Shown here: piece by piece, positions 10,435 to 24,239 of the stretch
Numbering within the stretch: position 1 is the stretch's first letter
Layout: every line of letters starts with the position of its first letter
Assembly (NCBI GenBank): GCA_008632985.1
Contig: QPGO01000076.1
Coordinates: forward strand, 248,001 to 312,000
Length of the DNA stretch: 64,000 bases
Direction: 5' to 3'
Origin: Psammoneis japonica
Taxonomy: Eukaryota
Notes under the pieces: model-generated
The model's database searches: none
The model's input: only the letters and a program-made list of their open reading frames with translations
Told to the model about the DNA's origin: nothing
Translations under genes and position numbers: made by a program

Positions 10435-12845
10435 TCACTTCCTCCTTGGTTCAGGAGGAGTGGCAGCAGCAGGTGGAGGAGCCTGAGCCAAATCAGCTGA
10501 GCTGAGCATGTCAGCCCTTGCCTTCTGGACCTCACTTCTCACCATGGCCTGAGTGAGGTCCATGATGGGGCTTGCTTCTGTGGGATCGCAAAGAGAGCCA
10601 CACAACTGAGCCTTGATGGTCTCCAAAGTAGAGTCGGAAGGTTTTTTTTTACATGCATGAGCGATGATGTCAATGTTGCGCAGGTCGATTCTGTCCTCAA
10701 GACCCAGGCATGCATCAAACCACCAACTGGGCATGGTTGTGCCCCCATGGACGTCCACATTTAGGAAGATGCACTTGAAGGGTGATGCGTTGTGGGTGTC
10801 CACAAGTTGCTCTTCACGTGTCAGTTCAAAAAGCGTGGCCGCATCTTGCTGGCGGGTTTGTGCATTGTTGACGGACGTGTGCCTGGCACTTGTTGAGATG
10901 TTGGACATGTGCACATCTGAAAAAAACAAAGAAGCATTGGACATCGGACATTTTAACACAACAAGCAGCAATGACACTCATGCGGAATGCAGTCCTCACA
11001 GCTGTTGACATTCAAACCATGCAGAAAACCCCATGCAGCAAACAAGTGCGCAGTCTTGCAAAGCATGTGAGCTCCGACTTGAAACTTGTCAGGGTCGCAA
11101 CCAAGGACGGCGATAATTGGATGCTTCAAATGGTCAGAAAGGAAGCACAAGCAATGTGCGCCTGGCTGTTGAGGCCATCTGGAGCAGCCTTTTTTGGTGA
11201 CACCGAGTGCAGAGGAAACAAACATCCACCACGCATCTTGCACACATGAACACACCACAGCAGGTGGTGGATGGGACAAAATTTGGGGTTCTCGTCATCA
11301 GCATGGAGAACCAAACAAACAGGCACTTTGTCCAATTTACCTTGCACTTCCACTGCCACTGTGCACACGTCCTTCTCGTGGATGACCTGAAGTTTAACCA
11401 AGGCATCTCACTCCACGTTGCCTTCATTTCTGCAGTTCTTTTTACCTCTTGGATAAAAAGAGTCGCTGAAGTTAATTGCCTTGAGTGACACAATTTTGTC
11501 AGCATGCAGAAACAACTTGATGCCAAGCAATGTCATGAGATGTGTCTGAACTCACATGACATTGCCCCGAAACAGTGGAGTGTTGCGCAGTTGTCGCACT
11601 TCACCAGGAAGCAATTGCCCATTGCCCTTTGTCTCATGCGTGTTTTTCTTCTGGGTCAGCCAGAAAAATTCGCACCATGACTCAAGGATGGATCTACGTG
11701 CTGCGGTCTAATTTAAAACAGCTTGCATTTCCCGCACTTCACCGTGACATTTTGACCTGCCTCGGAACACACCAAACACTCATGCGTTCGTCAAACCCTC
11801 ACAGGGGCTGTCAGACAGCCATGTGAGCTGCACATTTGGTGCTTCAAATGCCACTTGTCGACCTGTGCCCTGTTGTCAGGTCATAAAAACTGCCAATTTT
11901 TGCTAAAATCGGGCTTCTCATGGGAGATCAGCAGTGACTTTCCAGGAAATGCCGATGAGTGGCATTTGACTGGCTGCAGACATGTCCACAGTCGTCAAGG
12001 TAAAAGTCGCACATGGGCACACCTGTCTTTTGAGCATTCTGGGGTGTCTGGCGAATGGACAAAGTTCGACCCATCGCTGAAATTTTTTTTTTGCGAATGC
12101 GCGCGCATTTGCTGCAATGCATCTGGGTCATTTTTATGAAAATTGTGAGCTCCCAAAAAACAGACCGCAGCACGCAGATCCATCCTCAACATTGACATCA
12201 CTCATGACATTGCCCTGTGAGTGAAGTGGTGGATTCATCGCATGATGGGTGCAAGAATGACATTGTCCAGTCTGCGGCTGTGCCGGGACATCCATGGTGG
12301 GGGCAGCACCACCAGCGCTTGGGTCATTGTTGGAAGGGTCATTCATCTGTCACATGGCTGATGCTGCAGCAGTGCACCGAGGTTGTGATTTAAAGATCCC
12401 GCTCAGGACAATTTGACACACAAAGACCCTGGCATGTCAAATGGTGGTTGTGGAGAAAGTTGATGGCCGTGCTCATTTTGCAGCACGAACTGGCAGGGGA
12501 TTCCCACCCACCCAAGACAAATGTGGGAGTGCCAAAAATGTCGCGCACAGGTTGCGATGTCTCGGGGTGAACGAGCGGTGTGCCGGGGTTGCCGAAGCAA
12601 AAATTGAGGCAAAGACGGAAGCTCTCCTTCTTGAACGGCAACGGATTCGATGGACAACAAACACGATCACAGAGCATGGCAGACTGACAACACCCAATGA
12701 TGAAAAAGAACTTTCTCATTTCGCTCCATAAATTTTTGTGGTTCCTCACTGTGTCTCTGTCAAGTGCACAGTTGGGATCATTGTGGGGATCCCATGGTTG
12801 CTGTTTTTTCAAGTCGAGTTTTGTGATGAGAGCACCCAACTCCAT
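10435..12845 (-). mobile_element. Decayed tyrosine-recombinase (Crypton-like) element
   Basis: Minus-strand fragments: LLGIKLFLHADKIVSL (from RxxE), VEVQGKLDK, FCPIHHLL, GGCLFP, GAHMLCKTAHLFAAWG (from HxxR), SARHTSVNNAQT (H...Y box). No RT nearby in this block. Confidence 0.7.
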
Positions 12846-14926
12846 CTCACCTTTGTTGATGATGGCATCAGAGCACTGAAGTTTGAATCACACTGCATGA
12901 GTCAGGGGTCACCAGAGCCGCAGGCCTGGCATGTTGACGTCACATGCACATTTTGTGCCACAACACTGCGTGAGACACGACGTCATCTCCCTCCAAAATT
13001 GTTGCAAGACAAGTTTTGTGTGGGTGACCATGATGAATGCGCAACAACTCTGGTGGCAAACAGCAAGTTTGTTGTCAGCAGGGCATTGTGGATCTGTCAC
13101 ATTTTCTTTCTTTCATTGAAAAGCGCAACTTTTCTGGTTGAAATCACCCCAAAACACCTTGTTTTCTGCTTGCAAACATTTGGGACCCGCACAAAATCCC
13201 ATGTGCTGCAGTCCAAGTTGCAACCCAACAGAAGTTCCAGTTGCCTGAATCTCCCTGCTTCAATGGATGTGCATCGAGGTGAAGTTTTTAAATTGTTTTG
13301 AAGAGCAGCATGGCAAAATTTGGATGAGAGCACCGCTTTTGATGCTTCCAATCATGAGACGGATGCCGGAACATGCATTGTGAGGTGAGCACTCAAGGGC
13401 AAGTTTCACAACACTTTCTTTTGTTGTGCTCACAAAATTGATTGTTTTCGACATCTTTGTTGTTGAGGTGAAGTTTTCTTGCCTCTTGTTTCAGAAAGAA
13501 CAAGAATCAGAAAGCAGTGAAACACAGACAGTGCATTTTGTTGCTCAAATCAAGCATTTGGGGAGGCCCTCCCTTCCAGCAGTTAGCACCAATTTCTAAG
13601 ATGAACCAGCTCTAGAGCCCCAGATGACTGGCCAAAATGTGCATTGCATCAACAACAGATCTCCAACAGTTGCTGCATGACTCAGAGAACCTCTTCCGCT
13701 GTTTTGGTCGGACAAGCCCGATCTGCAAGGACCTCCAGTGCAACAGCTTCTGGCACCCAAAGCAGCACTTGAAAAACTTTGCTGTTCCCTCCAATCACCC
13801 ACAATTGTTGCAATCGAGGAATCTTGGCAAGATGATGTTGATTTGACGACAATGTGCAGCGCATCTTGTTGAAGTCCAAGTCGATCATTTGGTTGTCAAG
13901 TTGGCCGAGCGGCGAACCACTTCAAGGCAGATGTGAGTTTGTTTCTGCTCAAACAATGCCCCAGAAAGCCAGACACCTCTCCCTGTCCTCTTCAAAACAT
14001 GCACAAGTGAACAAACACGATTGCATCCAATGGGCTCCAACCTGGACCTTGGAAATGGCGATGCCGGACGATGCGCCTGCGGCAGAAATTGTGATGGACA
14101 GCAAAAAAGCGTCAGCAAAAGTGTGTGACAATGGACAGTTTGAGCAGCAGTCGAACATTGTGGCAGCTCTATGATAGATCCGGGGTCATGATGGTTGACA
14201 CCGTCAACGGCACCTGCTGCATTCATGCGGGTCGTAAAAATGCACGTGATGGAGAATTGTTCTTCGTCCGGCTCGCTTGGTGGAAAAGGTTGAAGCGAGC
14301 TACATTTCGCCGATACAAACACGTCGTAGAATTTCTACCGTACGGTACTTGAGGTGCAGTGACCGTTGTTTTGATGGGCACTGCATACGGTAAGCAGGGA
14401 TGTGTTGGCGAGACAAACAGATCGGCTTGACGACAGCAGGCTACTGTACAAAAAAATGAGATAGCTTCTCGAGCATCACCACCAGGGCAAAATACTTCGA
14501 CCATTCAACACTCATCGCCCACCCAAAGGACAATCGACACCAACTTCCTCACCCAGCTTTTCACTGCAACGACGGCAAGTTCACTCGTCTCCGCGGGTCG
14601 CAACACGGGAGGACCGAACGGGTGATAGAGTCAGGGGAGGAATCTCAGTCTCAAGTCTCAAAGGGCGTCGGTAAGTCGTCTACATGCCGGGCGAAACAAC
14701 CATTGGGCCCGATATCAATCGGCTCCATCAAGAAGTGAAACGTTTTGTGACAAATGACTGACAGTACATTCACATTGTTTTTTCTGCCTTTCTGACCGAC
14801 ACCACTCTCTTGTTGGTAAAGACATCCAAACGTAACCGACACACATTTTCGAGGTAAGAAGTCAGGTCGATCTCCTCTCATCCCAACATAGATCTGCTAG
14901 ACCCACGACGTAGCAGCGCCCGCAGA

Positions 14927-17900
14927 ATGCTGCTACGAGCATCCAAGGATTCAAGCAAGTGGGCCTGTGGTGGAACCGACATGCGACTTGTCATCTTCTA
15001 CATTTTGTTCGGCGCTGCACGTGAACTGGTGCATCTACTGTGCTTTTCATCCCTGCATGCAATTCTGCAGCCTGGTGACTCCATCAATGATGTGTCGATC
15101 GAACGGGATTATTCCGTGAGGGCAATCGCGAAAATGTTAATTGGAAGGTACTGCTTAATCAACCGAAACTTGACGTCCGGAGAGCATGCAACCGAACAAG
15201 CCATGTCCTCTTCCAACGATGATGTGAATCAGGAGCTGCACTTGCTGGTTGCTATGACGCGCCACGCAGGATGGTTTTTAAGCATAGTGCTCGCGTTCAC
15301 CATGCATGCAATGCATGTGCAAATCAAATCACGAACGAAGACAGGGACAGCCGTTCTCAAACCCGGGGTCAACAACGTGTCCGCTTCATGGACCGCATTA
15401 GCCGCCGTCTCAGCATATGTAGTCGCAATCGAAGCGATCGCCACCGATTTGCTGGGCTTGGTTCCTCAAGAACTAAATGGTTTCGACAACAGAATAGAGA
15501 TATTCTTTTGTGGCAACTTTGGCATCATCCTTCTTAACAGCAACTGGGTAACGCAGGACGGCGGTGCGACCGCCCTGGACGTGCTTGAAAAGATGATTAG
15601 CGTCACAATGATGCGCGGTGCGCAGACTGGCGGCGCTGTTACTTTTGTCGATGGGGACTCCAACGGGAAAACCCCAAAAGGAGGACAACCTATGCTGGAA
15701 GGAATTCGTTCTCGCGTTGTGAATGGCAAACGCACCGATCTCTCCAAACTAATGCGTCGCAAGGTTGAGCTGGACACGAAGAGATTCCTTCGACGCAACG
15801 AAATTAAGAAGAACTACTTTGCAAGAGGATTCTTTGGTCACACACGATTTGCAACGTCGTCTAAGGAAACTCTTGACGGTACACACCCGCACATATGGAC
15901 CCCCAAATCTCCCAGGAGAATAGTATACCAATCTTTGGGCGATGAGTTCGCGATCCAAGCAAAACAAATAAATGTTGAGAACTACATAACTCACAACGGG
16001 GATCTGGACTTCTACGTCGTCAATGGGAAGTACTACGACTTGTCCGCAATCCAGCGGTGGCTTGAGCTCGCAACGGAAAGCAAGATGACCACGAATGTAG
16101 ACAGTGCGGCGATTGCCGGTCTTGTCGATCTTATCCGAACAAAGGGTTGCTTCGGGTTAAGTGCAAGGTTCGTAGTTTGCTTTGGGCTGCCCACTAGTGA
16201 CATGAGCCTCAATCCTCTTGAGAGGCTACCTACCTATCAAGAATACGAAGAGATAGGGATGGTGTTTGAGGAGGTTTTGAAGACACACGTTAGTAAGGAA
16301 AAAATGAACCTTGACAGCATTGCTTCAAGTTCGGTGGAACGCACGAAATTCGTGTTATCTGTCCTACGGAAACTGGACGAAGAATACACGGAAGCTTCAG
16401 TATTATTTTCGTCCGGTTATCATGGCAAATACTATGCTCTGTCTCGATTCATCGACGACGAGCAAGGAGCAACTCTGGGTGCGTTTGTAAGAGGCACCGT
16501 CGACGCCTTTTTCGATAATGACCTCCTGCATACAACAAACACGTTCCTCTCTAATGCAAAGGGATCATTTGGGTTGATGGTCGCATCCTCCCTCGATGCT
16601 GATCGACAGTTCTGCATCGCAGCAAAAGGACAGCCCATGTCAGTGGCATTTTTTCCCTTCAAGGGTCTCATCTGTTATGGATCGGAGCTTTCTGCTGTGA
16701 AGGCCGGACTTGAAGTCGAGACACCTGGTGGAGATCTACTCGATGTAAGCGGAGGACTAAAAGCAAACGCAACAAAACGCATAGACCTGGATGATCTCGG
16801 AGGGGAAATCTGTTTGCTTGATTGGGGCGGTGGGGAGCCAGCCGTATCTCCCCCCAACGAACATCTTATGGTACATAAACTCATGCACGAATCGATCTGC
16901 GTAGTCTTCCTACAAAAGAGCAAAGCACTCGAAGCGGCAGATAGATACATTTCGAACCGGATCACACTTCTCGAGGGTAATGATCATATCAAGCCACTGC
17001 CAAAGGATTCGAAAGACGTTGTCCTGGGTGATATACAGGACATTCCTCGTGCTTTGAGCGAGATTCAAGAAGACTGGCAACATGTCAACCTCAATCGTCT
17101 TGCTGCATGGAATCTGGGGCAATGCCTGCAGAAAAGACTCAAGGGTATTATTGATGGGTCGGTTCCTCGTCATGCAGGTTCAATTGACATTTTGCTTACG
17201 GGATGCGAAGTGTCACTGTGGATTGCCGAACAGTTTGCCACCGATCTCCAGAAGTCGTTTCCAAAGTTGTTTGTAAGGGCAGTAAGCAGTAACAAGCTGC
17301 TTGGACTTTTCGGACAAGAGCTGAGCATACCATGTGTTGGCTACCCGCTGTCACAGAAAACTCACGACCTGGCCAATACTATCATAATTATCGTCAGTCA
17401 CAGTGGTGGAACTTTCGCCCCGCTAGCCTGCTCCAACCTGCTGCAGAGCTTGACGAAGAACATCTTCGTCGTATCTTCAGAATGGGATACACAGATTGGA
17501 AAGCAGCTTCGCAGCATGCAGTCGGAAAATATCGACTTGATAACCAATCGTGTTTTCTCCACTGATATAGGGGTTCGACCGGCCGAACCATGCTCCATCA
17601 GCGTGGCAGCAACTCATCAGCTTCTTACAAACATCTTCCAGCACCTTTGCATCACCATTCTTAGCAACCTTCGTTTCCGACATGCGACAGGAGCCGTGAT
17701 TACCGAGAGGGACCTGCAGATTCTGGAGCGATGCAACCAGGAAAATATTTACGCACTCGAAGAAATTGTTGGATTTAGCACCTCCGGCGAGAAACTGAAT
17801 AGTAAATCAGCTGCACCCGAAAGGGAGCTTCGGGGAGCAGCAGACGTATGGGCAGATCATATCCTCGAGAATGCAAGGTGTATCATTATGTCTTTCCTTT

Positions 17901-19601
17901 ATATCATTGGAACTGTGACCAGTGGCTATCCGCTAGTGACGGGTCTGGCTATAGCGGCTGGCCTTGACAATCAGTGGCTGTTTCTTTGTACGTATCCACC
18001 AAAGTTTCCAATCGTTCATGCGGTATTTCATCATTCTGATCTCACATACTCAAACCTGCTGGATAATGCTGTGCAAAGGTCGCTTCTTTGACGGCCTAAT
18101 ATACTTCTTTCTGCCCCAGATTAACATACTTCTGCTACGTATCTTTCAAAAGAGGAATCTCCGCCAACGCATGGTTGGTCGGACGGTCGTGATAGGAGAC
18201 TGTCCCTGGGTTTCACAAGCAGCCGATGCCTTTCTTAGCAAAGTCTTTGCCACATCGTATTCTTGCGCAAGTCTGACTGTTTTGAGTGCCAATCCTGCTG
18301 ACCATATGGTTCACCGTCATACCCATCGGGTTGTTCGAGGCACTCTTCTGGTCTGCGGACGACCGGATGGTCGTTTGTCTGCCTTGACAACCTTAGAGGC
18401 CACGACGTGCTTGTCTGTGAACCAAGCTAGCAGCATCCAGAGCATAGGAGGAACCTGCGAAAGTATTACAATAGGTCATAATCCCTACCAGCTACCTCTA
18501 AGTGCAAAGGCGGTGATACTCCCCACAAGACGGCCAGACTTTTTGTGTGAAACCATTCTGCGGAATTCAAAGCTACAGACGTCGGAGATACGCCGGGCAC
18601 CTCCCAACAGGGCTGACTCCTTGACCTCTTTGGGCCGGAGCGTGGTAGGAAATCTTCTGGGATCCAGCAGGTCCGTAGCTCGCAGGGATTCCAGCGATAA
18701 AACATCGAGGAGACCGTCAAGCTCAAACAATCATGGCCGAATCCTCGGTCTCTATGCAGATCTATCTCGTAAAAACTCTGGTCTTACAGCAAATCCGGGA
18801 GGAAAGAATCCCTTGAGCCAAAGACCTTCTGAATCGTACTCCCTCGACGATATTATCAGCACCTTAACCAAGGAAAAGGCCGGATGTGACCGTCTTCGAA
18901 CTATCTTTGATACGATTGACATAGAAGGAAATGGCCATCTCGATGAAGATGATTTCGCAGCTGCATACCCCCAGTTCGATCCTTCTCTGTCGGAGCAAGA
19001 AGCACGCACCCTTTTTCAGGAAGCCGATGTCGATGATAGTGGTAAGCTGAGTTTTGACGAGTTTGTGGCCTTCTCTCGCATGCCGGCATCAAAAAGGCTG
19101 TCCGTTCTTCAGAGCAAGATTTACAGCGATAAAGGCTTGCTCCAAGTGCAGCCAAGCAAGGAATCATACTTCGGAGAAGAGTTTCGGAAGAATGCACCCG
19201 ATGGAGCGGACGCATCGGCGAGTCTGTCCAAAATCCAGGACTTCAGCATGGAGCTGTACGAATCCCGTGTAGCCTCCTTGCAGCGCTTTGTGGCCATGAC
19301 GGTGATGTTTCACCAAATGGGGAAACGAGTTGGGAGCTTTTTTGACCGGTTTTCCCTTGGTCTACTGGCATACCGCATGGACAGGACTCACAGCATCACT
19401 CGCATCCAAACCACCGCGTCCCCCGTAAGTGGCGCTGACGTTCGCGAACGAATGGAGTATCTCCGTTTGGTGAAATCGATACACCAGTCGATTGCAACGA
19501 TATCTCGGGCCTGGCTGAAATACAAGTATGGTGAGGTACAGCAGACACCGGATGGCGTTTCTCCCACTCTCCGCCACTCTAAACACCATCATACCGACTG
19601 A
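14927..19601 (+). CDS. Large GlmS-like protein: N-terminal hydrophobic segments, class-II (Ntn) glutamine amidotransferase, SIS-like domain, TM segments, EF-hand pair. Intron 17988-18078; start codon uncertain (14927 or 14981)
   Basis: Motifs CGNFGII, RGAQTGG, GHTRFAT, THPH, HNGD, ILLTGCEVS, VSHSGGT. EF-hands DIEGNGHLDEDDF and DVDDSGKLSFDEF. A 91-nt GT...AG intron joins ORFs 14927..18091 and 17964..19601 in frame. Normal Tyr content. Confidence 0.85.
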
Positions 19602-21399
19602 TAAGAACCTGCCAAATCTTTGACGACCAATTCCCAGACTTTGTATTTGATCAACCAGCATTGCACAGCTGGTAGTGCGTGGGAAACACTATCTGTTTCA
19701 TCTTTCTTTGCAAACTTACTGGGGGTAAACCACTCAGTTTTCACGTACACACTATACTAGCTAGAGTGGGCTTCAACAACAATGCTCATACTTACTCACT
19801 AAAAAAGCATTACTGTATCTACTACAGAAAGTCCACTCAAATTTGATAATTTTTTATGAGTGCCATGTCACTGCTAACAATGATGTTTGACTCTCCACAA
19901 TGATGGCAAAATGTTGTTTTTTGCCACACAATCCTGTTCTTTCCCGGCAGGTCTAATTGTCAATGATGGAGTTGATTGTGAGGCAGAGTTGTGTGGTGCA
20001 CTGTGACGTTTTGTCATGTGCTTCAGGTGCAGGTCTTGGCATTGTGGCACACACTGGTGGTCTTAGATGTGCGTGAGACATTCAAACAAACAAGCAACAC
20101 CAAAAGCAAGAACCACCATTCAAATCCACATGAAATGAAAACATTGTCAACAGTGATGACCTGCAGCAACTTTTGTCAAAACAGCTCTTGTCAGTTCCCT
20201 TTGAGAACATGGTCCAACACTGCCATTTGGCACACAACAGCAAAAATGATGCTGTCCCTCATCACACGGGCCAGAATCTTCCTTCACTGGATGTGAAGCA
20301 ATCTCTCAACAAAATTGCACAGAATGGATGTGGAGGCTTTTGTGTCATGATCAACTTTTCATTTAGCTGGTTGTTGAGAGTGCTTGGACACCAAGCATGT
20401 CTTGTTGCATTGGCAGATGTTGGATGTCATCAGAATGTTCCCGCTCATGTCATCATCCTTGTCAATGGAGTGCAATTGCCTGCTTTGGATTCATCTGGCA
20501 ATGCCATCAGCAAAATGCAAGAATCAACAATGCAACAGTGCCAGTGCTGGTCCATGCTGGTTTTTGTGATCAGGGAATGTGCAACTTGGTGCTTCCCCTG
20601 TTTCTTGATGGACCCGTGTGTGACAAACACGGCAATCCCTTTTGTTTTTGAGCAGATGTCAGCAACCCTTAGTTTGACACTGCCCTGTTCCGGAAGCAAG
20701 TTCACATGGCTCTAGATGTGCAGGAACCCATGTGCCAATTCCAAGCCACCAACGATTTGCCAACGGATGCACCCAAGTTCTTGGCCGGCCCAAAAATGGC
20801 TCTCATGACAAGTGCTTTGTTTGCAAACAGATGGACATGTGTGCTGAGGGCATGTGACACCGGGTGGTGACTGTGTCAAGTGGGTTGAAAAGGGGGGAAT
20901 GCTTCAACAAATCAATCTCCTGAATGAGGCAAAATGGCACAAAACACTGCTGCATCATTTTGGGGTGGCACTTTCCACAGAAAGCCAAAGTCAGCAGAAG
21001 TGCGTGCACTCAAAAAGTCTGGTCTGCTGATGCTGTGTCAGAGAGCATTTGTTCAATTTCTCTTCTTTTGTTTTCATTTCAAATGTCAGTTGCTCAGTTG
21101 CCACAGCATGAACAATTTACCCATGTTGTTGATTGTTGACAGTTTCAGGTGCTGCATCTTTGGTGACAGCATGCCAAACCCAAGTTCCAGGATGACTCTC
21201 ACTTCCAGAATTGGCAGTGTGATGCTGCACCTTTTCTTTAAGTCTTGCCCCCAGTTCAGGCAACCACAGGGCAATTTGTTCACTTTGTCCTCAGAGCTGT
21301 TGCCACGCGCAACAACAAATGCAAGTGATCCCCTTGCTTGCAAATGAGTCGCAGCACCTGAAAATGGCGCACAAATGTCAGGGGTGACAAGAAAACATC

Positions 21400-23940
21400 T
21401 GCAAATGATGCAGGTTCATGTTTGATGAGTGCAAAACTCCCAGAAGTGGTGCAAATTCAATGCCCAACCAAACGGAAAGTCCAGAAGAAAGCCCCATGGC
21501 TTGAGTCCCTTGCTGTCAAGGGATGCTTCTGCTCTGACCAGATGTTTTTGAAGGTTAAATCAACACACCACAAGACAGGAGGAAGTGTCTTTGCCAACAG
21601 AAGAGGGTGCAACAGGTTCCATCCTTGGAAAAGGAAGCAGGACCACCTGGATGCCATCACGTCATTCACACATGATGTTGGCATGCCGCAAAGAACCCTT
21701 GTGTTGGATGGCACACTGGAAATGGCTGAAGGCTAGACCAAGGACATTTTCAAGGAGCACAGGATGCATCAGGAGGTGTCCACTCCATGCAGCCCATGGC
21801 AGAACCTGGCAAGGCATCCATTTGTGAGTTGAAGAAGAGAGTCCACGCAACCCTGTGCCGGACTGGCACTTGTCAATGACTTTGGTCCCATTGTGCCAAA
21901 TGGACATGTGCTGTTTGACATTTGACAGCAACTGGCATGTCGGACATGGGAGGATGAGTCCCAGAGGAGGAGACATCAGGCTCAACACCTGACATCTCAT
22001 CTCTCTCTCTCTCTCTCTCTTTGATTGGTGTCAACCTGTCTGCTGCTGCATGCCTGTGGCGGAGTTCCCACATGGGAAGAAGTGCATCGGTCGCTGGCTT
22101 GGAGTGGCTGACAACTGCACTGAAGATGTGCATTTGTCATCCTGCCCAAATCAGGCAGACCCATCATTTGGAAGGATGCATGGGCTGTGCTGGAGGATGA
22201 TCTTAAAACTCTGGCAATCCAGATGGTTCTCGCATCGGTTGATCAGGCTTTGATCAAAAGGCTGGCCATCCTGGAACAGGGTGCCAAAGCTGACTTCCCT
22301 GAACTCCCTGATGATTTCATGGATGAATGGGACGATGCTGTGGAACCCGTGGAATCTGATGCAGCCAAGCCAGAGGCTGATGAGTGTGCCCTGGAGGGGC
22401 TTGATGAACACCTCACAGCTGCTCAAGTCATGTTGCCACGTGGAGGTGAGCTGACTCATGCTGGGGTCATTGCACGCAAACGGGACAGTGACAGGGTTCC
22501 TGTTGGTGCTGGGAATGACAACCCTGCCCTGGACTCTAGAACACACGAGGATGTGGAACTCCCCAATGGATCCACAGACTCCTGCACTGCTGATGCATTG
22601 CAGAGAATCCATTCCCTCAAACAGACTCTGAAGGCAATGCCTGCCAAATCATGAAGGAGATGGTTGATCACTGAAGTGATGCTTGTGCTGCAAAGGCTGA
22701 TGATGGGCATGTGACAACTAAAACCAGTGAGTGTGCTCCCAGGATGATGACCGCAGGCTGGGACCTGCAAGTCGAATGGAAGGATGGGACTGCATCCTGG
22801 GTTCCTCTTGAGGATTTGAAGGAATCCAACCCAGTCGAGGTTGCCGAGCATGCTGCAGCAAACAAAGCAGCTGGTGAACCAGCTTTTAACTGGTGGGTCT
22901 GAGACATCTTGCATCACAGGTCAAGGATCCTAAAGAAAGTCAAGCAGCATCACTGGAAATGCACGCACAAGTTCGGAGTTGAACTTCCAAAATCTGCCAA
23001 GGAAGCCACAGAGACAGACAACAGAAAGGCCTTGTTGGTGTGCTCCAATGGGCAGTTGAACTAGGACGAGTGGACATTTTTGTTGCTGTCTTGCTCATGT
23101 CCTCCTGCTTGGCAGCACCACGAGTCGGGCACCTGGATGAGGTGCTCCACATCTTTGCATGCTTCTTGAAGGCTCATTCCAAGTCTGCACCAGCCCAGTG
23201 TTTGATGACACTGAGCCCATCTTTGATGAGAGCCAATTTTTGCCAAGTGTGATTGAAAAGAATGCCATCCTGGTGAAGCTGAACCAACGCTGCTGAACAT
23301 GCCAGAAACATGTGGGAATGGCGTCACTGCTGTTTGCTTTGTCGATGCCGATCACGCCGGATGCCATGTGATGCACAGGTCCCACACTGGGATCCTGACA
23401 TTCATTCAATGAGCACCCATCTCATGCTGCTCCAAGCAGCAGAATGCCACAGAGTCATGTGCTTTTAGGTTGGAGTTTGCAGCAATGAAGACTGCAGTGG
23501 AGCAAATTGAAGCCTTGTGTTGCAAGCTTCAGATGCTTGGAATTCCCATGGATGGGGCCACTGACATCTTTTGCAACAATGAAGCTGTCTTCAAGAACTC
23601 AACTGGACCGGAGACTGCGTTAAAGAAGAAGCACAATGCCGCTGCCCATCACAGAACTTGCGAGGCACAAGCCGCTGGAACAGCATGCATTGCTTGGGAA
23701 GACAGATGCACAAATTCAGTGGATGCACCAACCAAGTTGTTGCCTGGACCAAAGCTCTGGGAGATTGTAAGTCATGCATCATGGTGAGTCCCAAAAGGGG
23801 ACAAACCAAATGAGTTCACCGCTTGGCATGGCTTTTCCCATCCCCAAATCAAAACACTGCCCTGAATGGGGCAGCAGGCATCAGGTTGCATTTGTCTGTT
23901 GATCTGGCCCAAGCGGAGCCAGCGTCAGTTCGAGGGGACT
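21400..23940 (+). mobile_element. Highly decayed CoDi-type Ty1/Copia relic with most of RT deleted
   Basis: IGRWLGVA, GWDLQVEWKDGTASWVPLEDLKESNPVEVAE, LQWAVELGRVDI, FVDADHAG, EFAAMKTAVE, LKKKHNA. Purine tract TTCGAGGGGA at about 23930. The element probably extends upstream to about 19900. Confidence 0.85.
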
Positions 23941-24239
23941 GAATGAATGTTGGCGCACTGTCACGGATGTGGGCAGTTCATGTGACATTGGTGGTTGGTG
24001 CACCATCACTTGTTTGTTGGTCCCAGCAGAGCAACATCTCACAATTCTAGAACCTGTTGATGCTGCTCAACACTCTGTCTTGTTTTGCACCCAGCTCTTG
24101 GCTGTTGTGGCAGCATTTGTTCAATGTGCTGAATGCAGAAATGGGCCGGTGATGAGAATCAAACCCCAGCGCATCACCTGGAGCTGGAACAGGCTGCATT
24201 TTGCACTTGAGGGTCTTGGCAACAATGGATCGCCAGCAA

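Noticed and set aside
14125..14881. Short ORFs upstream of the GlmS-like gene
   Set aside because: No recognisable motifs. More likely promoter or 5' region, though an extra exon cannot be excluded.
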